Positions 25,326 to 38,728 of a stretch of DNA of 64,000 nt are shown here, in pieces. The stretch's first letter is position 1. Every line of letters starts with the position of its first letter. Source of the stretch: the human T2T-CHM13v2.0 reference genome, Homo sapiens; the NCBI RefSeq assembly GCF_009914755.1, contig NC_060940.1. The stretch is one strand, 5' to 3'. The position numbers and the translations under genes are program-made. The notes beneath the pieces are model-generated. The model was not told where the DNA came from and made no database searches. It saw only the letters and a list, made by a program, of their open reading frames with translations.

Positions 25326-25940
25326 TGAGAGACCAACATAGACACCCCTTTGTCTACTAAGATAGGCCCTAAGGTTAAGGAAGCAAAGGTACCTACGGGT
25401 TGAGAGTTCAGGGCCCAGCTGCCATGGTACATTTTTAAATTCCTACTGTAAGAACTACTACACCCTTACAAAACTCACTAAAATAGGAGCTATCAGGCCA
25501 CTACAACTCTGGACAGAGGACCAGCCTTCCAAACATTCTCTTCTGAGAAGCTACTGCAGATTTTAGACCAGTTTTGGCAGCTTATAGAGACTGCACACAA
25601 ACTGTCTTTGCATCCTATAGTTCCCCTATTGATGTAAAGAGCCAAATTCCATCTCCTTTTGATGCTCTCCAAAGTGAGCATGAGATGTATGTTACACACA
25701 TGTTTACCCAATCCACATGCGCTCAGCTCCCCTCATAAATATGCATAACTTTTCCTTTAAACTTGCTGAGTATATATGATACCAGCCCTGTGAGGCATAA
25801 AACCTAATCCAACATTCCCCTCTTCAAAGAGAGAGCACCTTTGGTCCACACTGGAGACTTTGTCTTCTGTGCTTGCAAATCGATATTGCCAATAAAGCAC
25901 TCCTTTCTGTTCAGCCATCTTGTTGGTCTTTTGGATGACA
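25326..25940 (+). mobile_element. MER39-family ERV1 solo LTR
   Basis: TG..CA termini; 'TGAGAGACCAA..CCCTAAGGTTAAGGAA..CCTACGGG' start; AATAAA near 3' end. Confidence 0.85.
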
Positions 25941-27389
25941 AGGGGACGTGGTTCCCAAAGAGGAGCCTTTGTTATGGAGCAGGGACTGAGTGTGAAGATG
26001 TGCCCTGGAGAAGGTAAGAGTGAAACATACTCCTTATCCAAAGAGAGAAAGATGGACACACAGACATGGGCAGCCTCTGTGGGAGGGAGGCTGAGTCTGT
26101 CTTGGTTGCGGAGTGGAAGGGCTACTCCGAAGGAGAAAGAGGAGATCCGTTGGCTGGCATCAAGAGAGGACTTTGGGGACAGAGCAGTGATGTTTAAAGA
26201 TATATTTAGCACAATTTGGTTACACAGTGTGAAACACAAACTTCCAACCTCCTGGAAATATAGCACTGCATATTTGGATCTAACAACACACCATTGTGGA
26301 TTTCGGACTAATTCTTGAGTATGGAACATCTGAGTCCTGCTTCAAGGTGGGCATGGGGTGAGAACAAAGTTACGCACAGGGAGCTGGTCACACTGAAGTC
26401 CCACTTCTGTCTTCCGCTGCATTCTGCACCTAATGAACTCAGGAGGTTGAAGTCTTGCGGGCCTTCCTTCCTTCCCTTAATCACTCCTCTTTCTTTCTTC
26501 AAAGGGAGTTTGCCCACACTTTTTGTTGAGATGTTTTTATTTTTATTATCCTTCTTTTAGATACTAAGTTATTTAAATTTCTTTCCCCTTACCAGTGAGT
26601 TGCTTGACAAATATTTATTGGATGCCCATTTTGTAGCAGGCAGAATTCTGGGTCCCCAGGAGAGAGATGGACCCAGCAGGCACAGTGGCTGCCACCATGC
26701 AGCTTTATTGGGAGGGCACACATTAAAGAATTACTAGATGATTTAGGGGATAATTCCAAGTGTGTGAAGTGCTGCAGGAGAGTAGATGTGGGGGTAATTA
26801 CCCCTAGATGGGGTAATTGGGAGACTCTACCACTTCCAAGGGGTCAGGAGAGAGGCTTCCTGGAGGAGGGGGAATTTGATTGAGTTGTCCTGAAGGATAA
26901 GCAGACATGAGCTGGTGAAAAAAGAGGAGGAAGAATGTTCCAGAGAAGAAGAAGAAGAAGAAGCCAAGTGCAAAAGCTTGGAGGCAAGACAGAGCACATC
27001 TATGACTGAGGGTGGCCGGCATTGGCAGAGAATAGGGAGTGAAGGAGGCAGCGATGAGAAGCGAGGCTGGAGACATTCTCAGGGTCTGTCTTGATGGAGA
27101 CAGGGGGACAGAAGTGTGCTAAGTGTGCATGGGCTATGAGTCAGGAAGTCTGATGGCCTTGCCTCCTGGGTGGGTGGCCTTGGGAATGTTACTTAACCTT
27201 CCTAGATCATAGTTGACTCATCTCTAAAAACCAGGATAATTTATCTGCCTCATAGGTTTATTCAGAGGATCAAATGAGTTAATCCACAAAAATCACTTAG
27301 CACAGTGCCACGTACATCGTAAGCACATGATAAACACTACCTATAGGCCATGATGAGGAATTTGGATTATATTTGAAATGTAATGGGAA

Positions 27390-27592
27390 GGTTGGGCAGT
27401 GGCTCACTCTTGTAATCTCAGTGCTTTGGGAGGCCAAGATCAGAGGATTGCTTGAGGTCAGGAGTTTGAGGCTACAGTGAGTTATAATCAAGCCACTGCA
27501 CACCAGCCTGGGCAACAGAGCAAGATGTTATCTCAAACAAAAAACAAACAAACAAAGGAAACAAAGAAAGGAAAAAAGAAAAGAAAAAACAA
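27390..27592 (+). mobile_element. Monomeric Alu (FAM/FRAM-like)
   Basis: Single ~150-bp arm then A-rich tail; TSD AATGGGAA (27382-27389/27595-27602). Confidence 0.85.
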
Positions 27593-29109
27593 GCAATGGG
27601 AAACCACCAATGATTTTTCAGGAGGATTTCATAATCTGTCTTGTGCTTTAAAAAGCCTTGTTCTGCTAGGGTAGCAGTTCCCCTGCTGTGCCTTTTCTGT
27701 GATGCTGTTCTGGATGTTATTCCAGGAAGCTTAGCCCAGAACCTTCCAGTCCTTCCAGGATTGTGCAAGCAAGCTCCTTATTTCCCATATTAAATCCCTT
27801 TAGACTTAAAAGGTAAAGTGATTTCCATTTCCTACAAGTAACCCCCAATAGATACAGAAATTTTTAAAATACTTGAGACAAGAAATAATGATGGCTTAAA
27901 CTAGCATACTGTCATTGGGGAATGAATGGAAGGAGATATATTTGAGAGATATTTAAGACATTGAATTATTAGGACTCAGTGATTGATTGAATACAAGGTT
28001 GGAGAGAAATAACAACTGACTCATAAATTATTGACTTGAGAAATTATGTGGGTGGTGATGAAAACTTCTTAAGGCTATCAAGATTGAAGCTGAAGCAGTT
28101 TTGGTAGAAAAAAATATGCACTTAATTCTAGACATATTCTGTTTAAGGCATATTTGAAGTATCCCCATGGAAATGTGACAAAGACTGTTGAATACATGAG
28201 TCTGGAGTTCAGAAGAAAGACTTGGGCTGTATATTTAGGGATCCATTTCATCGACATGGTGATTAAGGCCTTAGAAATGCATAAGGTTGCTTAGGGCAGG
28301 CGCAGAGTGAAAAAAAAATCTGCTTCCAGACAGAACTATGAGAGATAGCAACATTGAATGGGTGGTTAAAGGTAGAGCAACTGAAAGGGGAGCCAAAAAG
28401 GGGCAGCGAGGCAGGCACGAGGGATGCAAAGACAGAGAAGCCAAAAAGAGCGAACACAGCAAAGAGTGGAGGAGAAAAATCAAGTGGGGCATGCACTGAA
28501 AGATGTCCAGTGGATTTAGCAACACGGAGGTCAGAGGTGAAGTGGCAGAAGAGGAGACCAGATCAGAGTGGGTTGAGGAAAGAGCAGGAGGTGAGGAAAT
28601 GGGGGAGGTGCATGTAAACAGCTCCATGTAGGGCAACATTCACCAGCACAGGTGCCAGAAATGCTCAAAATAACAGTAAGAATGGCAGGCACGTCCTCAA
28701 AGGGCTCCTTTCTCACCACATCTTGAGGTCTTCCAAAATCTCTAATCCTTCCACAGTGTGGACTCCTTATGTTCTGCATATGAAGTGGAAAGGTAAGCAT
28801 AAAAGAAATTATTTTAAAGCTTCAACAACCTCATGCTGAAGTTAGGCTGTGGAAGAGAAGAGAGAGAGGGCAGTAGCTGGAAAGGAGAGAGGATTAAGGG
28901 AAGATTTGTTTTTTTAAGATGGGAGAAGCTTGAGCTTATTTTAATCCTGATGGGATGGAGCCAAGGGGGGAAACACATAAGGATTATTGATTGTGCAAGG
29001 TTCCTGGGAAGACAGAACAGCATGGGGCCCAAAGCACAGGAGGAGGCATTGGCCTTGAATAAGATCACTCAGCTTCAACACAGGAGGAAAGGAGGAGCAA
29101 AGAAGAAGG

Positions 29110-29560
29110 TGGTTATCTGAGGTTAAGTTCCCTAAGCAGAGCCTGATATGGGGATTTTTGTGCAAGTGATTTGTTGAGAAGGGTTCTCAAGAAAAATGTG
29201 TAAGAAAGGGTGGGGAAGCAGGATGTAGTAGGGTAAAAGTTAGACCTAGGTGTAGCTTCAGAAACCAAGCTTCAGCCTGATCCCTCAGGGGTTCTGGAGT
29301 GTGAATTGCTTCCACAGAGTTTGTCCTTGCAGCAAGCGGGCTTGATTTCTATATTCCTGTATCAGTCTGTAACTGGCCATTGACTGCCCTTCTGGAAGTG
29401 GAGTGGGGTGCATAGCCTCCCTGCAATCTCTGGGTAAGGCAGCTTATATAACCCAAGGACAATCCTCCAGAGAAGGGTGGCAACTCCTGCAGCAGCTGGG
29501 GAAAGAGTGACCATACCTGAAAAGAAGATCTGGGTGGGGCCCAAGCAGCAGATGCTATAA
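29110..29560 (-). mobile_element. MLT1-type MaLR LTR
   Basis: 'GTTCCCTAAGCAGAGCCTGATATGGGGATTTTTGTGCAAGTGATTTGTTGAG' resembles reverse MLT1 end. Confidence 0.65.
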
Positions 29561-30989
29561 TGTTAGTTCAGGAACATTTGCATATTTAGGCTCGAGGATA
29601 AATAATAAATGAGAAGGTAAGGGAATCTAAGATTATGGAGATGAGAAAAATTGGAAAATAATAAAAATGTGGATTGACCGGGAAAACATGGTAGGCTTCC
29701 TGGACATTCAAGGCTGGTGATCATGAATTTCTAGTGGCACCAATGAGTCCACTTGTGTAATTTTCTCCGGTGGTGCTTAGCAATCCACATACAGCCATGG
29801 AGGCGGCAAGTAATCAGAGTCATTCAGGGTTGAAGTCAGGGTAGGTGCTTGAAAGGGAAGAAGAGAAGGGACACGTAGGCACGAGTTGTGGTCCTTTGGG
29901 TCTAGCTAAAATAGGGAGAAAAATGAGAAGGGGGTAGAATGTTGGAGACAGAGGGAAAAAAAGGGGTCAATGGCCAGAGGTCTCCAAGAGGTTGGAGAGT
30001 AGTGTGCTGAGGGGTTGTTGAGTAAAACTAGCTTAAAAGATAGAATTTCATGGGCAGATAGAGAGTGCTTTGAGCCATTGATCTGACAGGATTGGCCCTG
30101 GGAAAGGACGGCTGACCTGAGCCAAATACCTGAGTCATTGATGAATGAGGCTGGAAATGACTAAGAAATAGGGAAAGAGATGTATAGGGCATTGCAGACA
30201 CAGGACACATGCCTCCAAAGTTGCAAGACTGTAGGAGACTACTTTTCAAGGCATTGGGGGATCCCCTAAATCTTATAGCAGGATTTGGTCAGCAGGGCAA
30301 CTTTCCCATCCAGCTCAATCATTTATCCGCACAACCTTCCTTATTCCAGACTGAATAGGTCTCTTATATATCAGGCTTCTTCAGTAAGCTTTAATAATTT
30401 GCATTTCCATTACTAATGTTCTCTAGAACTTCTCAAACTCCATCATGTTTTCTGTTTTTCCCTTGACATATGGTGAACTCAGCTGTGTGTTGTATACAAA
30501 AGAAAGTCACAGGGCTGTGGTCCAAAGTGGGCATTTCAGCCTTGTGTTTTCAGGGTCAGAGAAGCTGGAACCTTGTGTTCTCAAGGCTTGTGTTGAGCCT
30601 TGGATTCTCCGACTGAAGCATTCTGTTCTCAACATCAGTGCCAAAGCAGCATTGCTTTAGGAAGCTGTCAGAGAGAGAGCAAACCCGGTTTTCTTTGGGG
30701 AATAATTTGATGTAAAACTCTATGCGTTCTGGCGCTTTGGAGAGTAGGTAACACTACCTCCTTTCTCTTCACCTTGGGAGGGAGGCAGCATGGCTCAGTG
30801 GCTCAGTGATTGAACTTTAGGAGCTGATGCACCTCATTTCGTCCTCAGCTCTGAGATTCTAGCTCTCCAAGTGTGTCTTCTCCCTCTGTAAAATAATACT
30901 ACTTTTCTAACAAGTTTTTGGTAAGGAATAGATGCATTATGATTCAGCATAGCTTCTGGCACACAGAAACTCCTTAATAAAAGCCATTA

Positions 30990-32625
30990 CAAGAGAAAGA
31001 AGCAAAAGGAATACGCATAGGAAAGAAGGAACTTATCTATATTTGCTGATGACATGATCTTATACATAGAAAACCCTAAAGACTCCACCAAAAAAGCTAT
31101 TCAAACTGATCAATCTAGCAGAGTTGCAGGATACAAAATCAACATATAAAAATCAGTAGTGTTCCTATTATATATACTAATGAACTATCAGAAAAGAAAA
31201 TTAAGAACACAATTCCCTTTACAATAACAACAAAAATATTTAAATACTTAGGTGTAAATACAACCAAAGAGGTAAAATATCTGCATACTGAATCTATAAA
31301 ACACTGCTTAAAAAAATGGAAGAAGACACAAATAAACGAAAAGATATCTGTGTTCATGGATTAGAAGAAGTAACATTGTGAAAATGTCCAAACTACCCAA
31401 AGTGATCTATAGATTCAATGCAATTCCTATCAAAATACTAACGTAGTTTTTCACAGAAATGAAAAAAACTCATCTGAAAAAAACTCAGATGAAAAAAACT
31501 CACCATTTTTCACAGAGATGGAAAAAAGCCACACATCTGACAAGGGATTAATATGCAAAATATGTAAGGAACTCAAATAACTCAATAGCAAGAAAACAAA
31601 CATTAAAAAATAGGCAAAGGACTTGAACAGATATTTTTCAAAAGAAGGCATACAAATGACCAATAGGTACCTGAAAAAAAATGCTCACCAACACTAATCA
31701 TCAGAAAAATGCAAAGTATAACCACAATGAGATATAATCTGATACCTATTAGAATGACTTTTATAAAAAAGATGAAAGATAAGTGTTGGAGAAGATGTAG
31801 AGAAAAGGGAATTCTTACATGTTGTTTGTAGGAATGTCAAGCGTTATAGAAAATGGTATGGACGTTCCTCAAAGCCCAAAGGCAAAACTACCATATAATT
31901 CACTAATCCCACTACTAAGTATATATCCAAATGAAAAGAGTCAGTATGTCAATGAGTTATCTGCACTTCTATATTTATTGCAGCATTATACACAATAACC
32001 AAGATATGGAAACAATATAAGTGCCTATAAATGGATAAATAGATAAAGAAAATGTGGTATATATATAAAATAGATAAAGAAAATGTGGTATAAATAAAAT
32101 GTGGTATAAATAAAATGTGGTATATAGAATACCATTCAGCCTTTAAAAATGGGGAAATCTTGTCATTTGCAACAACATGGATGAATCTGGAGGACATTAT
32201 GCTAAGTGAAATAAGCAAGGCACTGAAAGACAATACTGCGTGATCTCACTTGTATAAGGAAGCTGATAAAGTTGAACTCATAGAAGTGGAGAGTAGAATG
32301 ATGGTTACCAGAGGCTGAAGGGAGGGCATTGGGAGGGAAGGATTAGGGATTTGCTGATCAAAAGAATACAACGTTTCAGATAGACAAGAGGAATAGCTTT
32401 TGAGATTTATTGCACACCAGGGTAACTATAGTCAATAATAATGTATTATGTATTTCAAAATAACTAAGACAGTACATCTCGAATGTCTCACCATAAAAAA
32501 GATAGGTAAGTAAAGTGATGGATATGTTAATTTACTTGATGTAATCATACCACATTATGTGCATATATCAAAACATCACATTATATCCCGTAAATGTATA
32601 CAACTATGATTTGTCAATAAAAAAA
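30990..32625 (+). mobile_element. 5'-truncated, internally deleted L1MA-type LINE
   Basis: Decayed RT motif 'TTTGCTGATGACATGATC' (FADDM) at ~31041; L1MA-like 3' UTR ending GATTTGTCAATAAAAAAA; TSD-like AGCCATTA both sides. Confidence 0.9.
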
Positions 32626-33385
32626 TTAGCCATTAGTGTTTTTACAACAGTCCACCTCCCTTTATAAGTAGTAAGGTATTATCGGAATACTGGGCTTTGG
32701 AGTCCAATATAGATTCAAACTCTGGCTTCTCCACTTGTTGGTTGTATGATCTTAGACAAATTACATACATTTTAGAACATAGGTTTCTTTATTAAATGAG
32801 GGCAAAGGGGGTTTGATAAGGATCAAATGAGATATGAGAAAGTGGGTGGTCAGCTACTTTTGATGCTGTTTTTGTTATTTGTTTAGAAATGTAACAATGT
32901 TAACATTGCTGAAAAGAACTAGTTAACTGTACATTTGGTACAAAATCTAAGGCTTTTCGACCAAAGCAGCTCAAGCTTTTTCAACATTGAGAGTAGATAG
33001 AGGAAAAAGAGCTTATTAATCATATGTTCAGAGTTCAGGAGGAAATGGATTTATACAATGTGAAGTCTCTATTTTTGTTGGGTATAAAAGCTACAAGAAC
33101 TTTCAGTCCATCCAGCTTGTCCATCCTTGACACATAGGGAGCTGTAGCCCTGGAAGATGATGGGGCTGCCTTAGCGCTGGAGTCATACATGCACTGTGAT
33201 AGTTCACAATTTAAAGGTGTGTCGCGACCACATAAGCCTTGCCAATAAGTGACTGCTAACCCAGCTCTGCAAGAAAAAGAGGCAATTTACATCTGCTAAG
33301 GAGGAAATGACATGGATATCACTAAGTCAAAGAAATCTTCTCACCTAAGGCATTGGACATTGAACAAGTTGTTGGCCAGTGAATT

Positions 33386-34128
33386 TGTAATTGCCTGGTG
33401 GGTTCATCTTGCCTGCTGCCCAGAAAAGCCAATACACAGAGAACAGCAGGTTTCTGCAATAGAGAAAGAGTTTAATAAACACAGAGCCAGCTAAGTGGAA
33501 GGACAGGAGTTTATTGTGATTCAAATTAGCCTCCTTGAAAATTCAGGTGCTAGGGTTTTTTAAGATAGTTTGGTGGGCAGGGAGCTAGGGAATGGAGAGT
33601 GATTGAGTCGGGCATGAAGTCACAGGGAGTCAAAGCTTATCTTCTTGTGCTGAGTCAGTTCCTGGATGAGGAGACCACAGGGCCAGATAAGCCAGTTTAC
33701 TAGCCTGGGTGGCACCAATTGGTCCATCAATATGCAATGAGTGAAAAACACCTCAAACACCAATCTCGGGTTTTACAATAGTGATGTTTTCTATAGGAGC
33801 AAATGGGGAGGTTAGTAGTCTTGTGATCTCTGGCTGACTCCTGAGTCATAATTTCTAATCTTGTGGCTAATTTGTTGGTTTTAGAAAGGTGGTCTGAACC
33901 CCAAGCAAGGAGAGGGTTTGTTTTGGGAAGAGGTTGTTATTACCTTTGTTTCAAAGTTATACTATAAACTAAGTTCCTCCCATAGTTAGCTCAATCTACA
34001 CTCAGGAATGAACAAAGGCAGCCTAGAGGTTAGAAGCAAGATGGAGTTGGTTAGATCAGATTTCTTTCACTGTCACAATTTTCCTATGTCAGATTTTTCT
34101 GTCTCAATTTTTGCAAAGGTAGGTTTAA
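33386..34128 (-). mobile_element. LTR8-family (LTR8A/B-like) ERV1 solo LTR
   Basis: Reverse complement starts 'AAACCTACCTTTGCAAAAATT..GACAGTGAAAGAAATCTGATCTAACCAACTCCATCTTGCTTCTAACCTC' and ends ..TTACA. Confidence 0.85.
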
Positions 34129-35357
34129 ATTTCAGTGCATGTTTGTCTATTAGTTCCTTGGGACCGTTCTCCCTACCTGATAGGTGTGCTACAGGCATGC
34201 TAGGCTTTCAGCATGGAGACCCATAGAGATTTCTGATCCAAGGGGAGAGTCTAATTGAATTTCATCCCAGAATGTAAGGATGGAAGAGATATCTTCACAG
34301 TCAGTTCAATTCTCACCTTGAATCTTTTGTTGGCCTGAGTTGCATCTCAATGGAAGAATCACCACAAAACAAATCATATTTATAGATTCCCTGGCAGGAA
34401 ATCTCCCCTTTGAAGGCTCTAATTGTTTTATTTTTCTTCACCCACAATAGGCTGTGTCACTCAAATTAGTCCACACACACTGCATGTCCAAATCATCTCC
34501 ACGCCTCATTGTACTCTACCACCACAATGTTTATTCATTAGCACCTGCTTCTCTGAGTGTCAACGACACTTGTTTTGCTCAAAGTAGTTCCCTGTCAGCC
34601 TTTTATCAAATAATCTCCAACCCTCCATTAATAATTCATTGGGAAAAGGTGGGAGATGGTATTCTCTGTGGCATGACAAATGTGCCAGTGATTTCATTTG
34701 AATTACAGCAATCGAGCGTCTACCTTTGCAATCAATGATTTTTCTTCCTTCCTTAGATGATAATAATTTTTTATTATAAGTAGTGTTCAACAAACTTGAT
34801 AACAGTCCCTGGTGATTTTCTATAACAGCAGCCATATGGAACTGTAGTTTCAAAGTCCCTCTGATCTCATTCAGTTTTATGCTGTTGGATTAAATGTCAA
34901 AGTTGTCTTTGTACCATCTGCAAGATTTCTTCTATTCTGAATACTCTTACTTTGCACTCAGTGATCTAGTGAATCATTCTGTACATTTATCACTAGTATT
35001 AAATTTCTAACTTAAAGGAGGCTGTTCAACATAATTTATTTTGTTGCCTCCAGTTTTGACAGTATGGTAGTAAAATCAATTCCCAAGTGTCAAGAGCTAT
35101 AAAGGTGGGTCAACAAGGGAGAAAGTTTAACGTAAAAAAGCATCACCCATATTCTTTAGGGTCGTGACTAATAAAAACATCTCATAGTGTCCCAAAACAC
35201 ATTGGTTCATGTTTTCTCTTTTTTTTTTCATCAACACAACAGAGTTGAGAGTAATATGCCTAAAGAGGTTCAGGATAAAGAGCATTGTTGAAGATAGCAG
35301 AAATTAAAAACAATTCAAATATCTACCTATAGAGGAAAGGTTAAACATATATAAGGG

Positions 35358-36420
35358 TATAATAAGAAATATATGTGGTCTTTGTCCCCAGTTCCTGGCA
35401 TGGAATTCCTAAAACTCTTAGAATTTCCTGAGTGATATCAGTGCTTTTTGTTATTCATAAGGAACATCTTTTTTTTTTTTTTTTTTTTTTTTTTGAGATG
35501 GAGTCTCACTCTTTGGCCCATGCTGTAGTGCAGTGGCACAATCGCAGCTCACTGCAACCTCCTCCTCCAAGATGCAAGGTATTCTCCTGCCTCCGCCTCC
35601 CAAGTAACTGGGATTACAGGCGCATGCCACCACGTCCAGCTAATTTTTTATATTTTTAGTAGAGGCAGAGTTTCACCATGTTGGCCAGGCTGGTCTCAAA
35701 CTCCTGACCTCAGGTTATCCACCTGCCTTGACTTCCCAAAGTGCTGGGATTACAGGCATGAGCCACTATGCCTGGCAGGAACCTCTTTTGATTACCATAG
35801 AATTTATGCTAATGAGATGACTTAGGATGGGGCCCCTTTATAGCCTCAAGATGGGCACCCCCACCTCCAGGAAGGGGACAGAGGTGCAGGAGAGTAAACT
35901 CTAAAAAAGTTATTGAACAATTAAATTGGATGAGCTTCCATGTTAGCGAACACATGGAGATGCTAGAAGGTGTCCACGTTCTCCTCTCCCAACACCTTGC
36001 CCATGCATTTCTTCCATTTGGCTGTTCCTGAGTTGTATCCTTTATAATAAACTGGAAAACATAAGCAAAGTGACTTCCTGAGTTCTGGGGGCCATTCTAG
36101 CAAATGATCAAACCTGAGGAGTGGTTGTGGGCCCTCCTGATTTATAACTGGTTGGTCAGAAGTACAGGAGGCCCAGACTTGCGATTGGTATCTGAATGAG
36201 GGCAGTTTGGTGGGACTGAGCCCTTAACCTTTGGGGTCTACACTAATTCCAGGTGGTTATTGTTGGAATTGAATTAAACTGTAGGACATCCACTTGGTGT
36301 CTGCAGAGAGTTAAAGAGTTGCTTGGTGTGGAGAAAACCCACCCCTTTGTGTTAGAAGTGTTGTGGGTGCCTACTTTGGTGTCAGAAGTGTTGTGACTAG
36401 AAGAATAATTTTCTTTCAGA
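35358..36420 (+). mobile_element. MER21-family LTR interrupted by Alu
   Basis: 'AATAAGAAATATATGTGGTCTTTGTCCCCAGTTCCTGGCA', 'CCTGAGTTGTATCCTTTATAATAAAC', 'TTGGTGTCAGAAGTGTTGTG'. Confidence 0.8.
35468..35776 (-). mobile_element. Alu SINE (AluS-like)
   Basis: Long poly-T then reverse Alu; TSD AGGAAC(A/C)TCTTT. Confidence 0.95.
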
Positions 36421-36539
36421 AACAGAAGAATTTTTGTTAGCAAAAAATATAATATGCAGAGAAGAAAATAATAGATATGAATCTTTATGCAACAAACAAC
36501 TAATCAAGAAGATATGTGCAGAAGAAATGTTTAGTAATA

Positions 36540-37200
36540 TCTGAAGAATTTGACAGAACCATATTAGTATTGGAAGACTTTGATACATCTCCTTTGAAAT
36601 TTGACAGCTCAATTAAACGAAACATTAAAAAGATATAAATGAGAAGAGTAACACAATTAACAACCTTGAAATATATCTGATACCCTATAAATAGGGAATA
36701 CTCATTCTTGCTTTTCTTTTCTGTTTATACCCACAAACCATTTACAAAAATTGGCCCTTTACTCAATTACAAACAAATAAAAATTAAACAAAAGCCTTAA
36801 TTATTCAAACCATAAACTTTTTAGGCCACATTTTCAGACCACAATGCAGTAAAAACGTAAATTAATGAACTTACAACCTTCCCCTGCTGCTCCCCCAAAA
36901 AAATTCCCACTTGGAATTTTTTTTTAAATACTATCTTTAAAATAACTTTTTTTGCTCAAAGAGAAAATTGTAACTGAAATCAAGTTTTGGTTTTCAGACC
37001 AGAAAGCAGTAAAAACATAAATTAATGAAATTATAACCTTCCCCTGCTGTCCCCTCAAAAAATTCCCACTTGGAAATTTTTTAAAAATACTATCTTTAAA
37101 ATAACTTTTTTTGTTCAAAGAGAAAATTGTAACTGAAATCAAAACTTGTTTGGGATTAATAACACATAAGCTCTTAGTTTCAACACCTTCAGAATGATCT
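36540..37200 (+). mobile_element. Ancient L1M ORF2 (endonuclease-region) fragment
   Basis: Decayed 'GGAAGACTTTGATACATCTC' (GDFNTPL-like) and 'TTTTCAGACCACAATGCAGTAAAA' (SDHNA-like). Confidence 0.6.
36831..37142. repeat. Tandem duplication, 2 x ~152 bp, period 160
   Basis: Copies 36831-36983 and 36991-37142, both TTTTCAGACCA..GTAACTGAAATCAA; 7-nt spacer GTTTTGG. Confidence 0.95.
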
Positions 37201-37214
37201 TTTAGAGGTAGAAT

Positions 37215-37940
37215 CAGAATCGTTGCCTCCCTGTGTAAAACACCTCGGTGGATTTCCACAGCAATCAGCATAAAGAGCCACAGTGATCAAGGACTGCTAT
37301 GGCCTGTTCCCACCTAGCTCTAGCTCTCCAACCTCCTTGCTTTCTCTCCCCTCTATCATTCCCCTTCAGCCACACCGCCTTTTTTTCATCCAGCAGAGTG
37401 CCAAGGTAGTTCCTGTCTTAACCTTTCCTCTGCTTCAGACCAGTGCTGTCCAACAGATCTTCCTATGGGGATGGAAATATTCCATGCCAGGCACATCCCA
37501 TACAGCAGCCCCTCACCACATGAGGCTGCAGAGCACCTGAAATGTGACTATGACAACTGAGGAATTGAGTTTTAAATTTAATTTTAATTTGAATGTATAA
37601 AATTTAATCAATTCAATTTGGTTATCTAGTTGCTACCACTTTGGATAGTGCAGCTATAAACCATTGCCTGGCTGTTTCCTTTCATTTATAATTCAACATA
37701 AATGTTGTCTACTTTAAAAAGCTTTGTTGAATCACCTGCCTAAAGCAGTTTCCCAAGTCACTCTCAATCCCATTACCTATTTCGTTTTCTTCATTGCACT
37801 TATTATACCTGTTTATTGTCTTCCTCTCATTTCCTCTGGAATGGAAGCTCTTTCAGGGTAAGAATCTTGTCCTTCTCATAATTGTATTTTAAAGATAAAT
37901 AATAGATGCTCAATAATTAAGCATTGGCTGACTAAATAAA
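37215..37940 (+). mobile_element. L2 relic containing MER3
   Basis: L2-like 'CCTTCAGCCACACCGCC' and 3' end 'TAGATGCTCAATAAT'. Confidence 0.6.
37441..37657. mobile_element. MER3 hAT-Charlie DNA transposon
   Basis: TIR-like CAGTGCTGTCCAA..TTGGATAGTGCAG; 'GAGCACCTGAAATGTGACTA..ACTGAGGAATTGAGTTTTAAATTT'. Confidence 0.8.
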
Positions 37941-38728
37941 GTTAATTCATAGAAAAATTCAAACTTTAAATGTTTTTATAATTAGAAAACTTTAAGAACA
38001 AACTACTCAGTATTCAACTTAAGAAACCAGAGGAAGAAGAACAAAGTAAGTCCCTCCCTCCACCAAAGAAAAAAATGTTTGAGGAGAGAATCAATAAGAC
38101 CAGTAGTCAATTAATACACAGGTGTTATAGTAGTCAATTAATGTACATGTGGTATAGTAATATACAGTTGAATAGTAGAAATTCATGACATTCTTGATCT
38201 TGAGTGGAGGCTGAGGCTGAAAATATTGTTTTAATTTGGGTCAATCTATGGATGGATCACTTCTGGTTTGTTTACATGGGCTTCTAGGGTTATTGTGAGA
38301 CTCCCCCTACCGTCATGGCACAGGCCATGCTTCTCCAGCCTATCCATAGATGCCCCGTCAGAAGGGATCCAGATCTCTGGGCTGGGGGACTGTGGTTCCC
38401 ATCTGTGTGACATGGCTATGTCCTTTAGCCCTTCACCTGTCCACACTACCCAGCAGGAGCTGAGCCTGTACTCTAAATGTGAATTCTGCCTGGTTATTGG
38501 GAAACATCAAAGAACTTCCATAAAGGATGGCTTTGGGGATTCCAGGATAAACTATTTGAAACTTAATGGGGTCTGAGCATCTTTCAATTTTCTTCTAGTT
38601 CATGGGTCATCTTTAGAACAGGAAAGCTTATCTAAACACAGGCCAAAAGTCACTCACTCATTCATTCAGCAAATACTTTTTAAGTTCCTGCATTGTACTG
38701 GGTGTTGTGCTAGTTGCTGGCATGGAAA

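Larger units (their letters stand above)
26590..30250 (-). mobile_element. Long fragmented L2 relic with nested MIR, Alu monomer and LTR pieces
   Basis: Reverse L2 3' end 'ACAAATATTTATTGGATGCCC', purine-rich L2 body e.g. 'GGATTTAGCAACACGGAGGTCA'; limits approximate. Confidence 0.6.

Noticed and set aside
25757-26329. 190-aa minus ORF and overlapping 132-aa plus ORF
   Set aside because: Partly inside the MER39 LTR; no recognisable homology
31455-32125. Short repeated units as a CRISPR-like array
   Set aside because: Slippage duplications in L1MA without unique spacers; eukaryotic context, no cas genes
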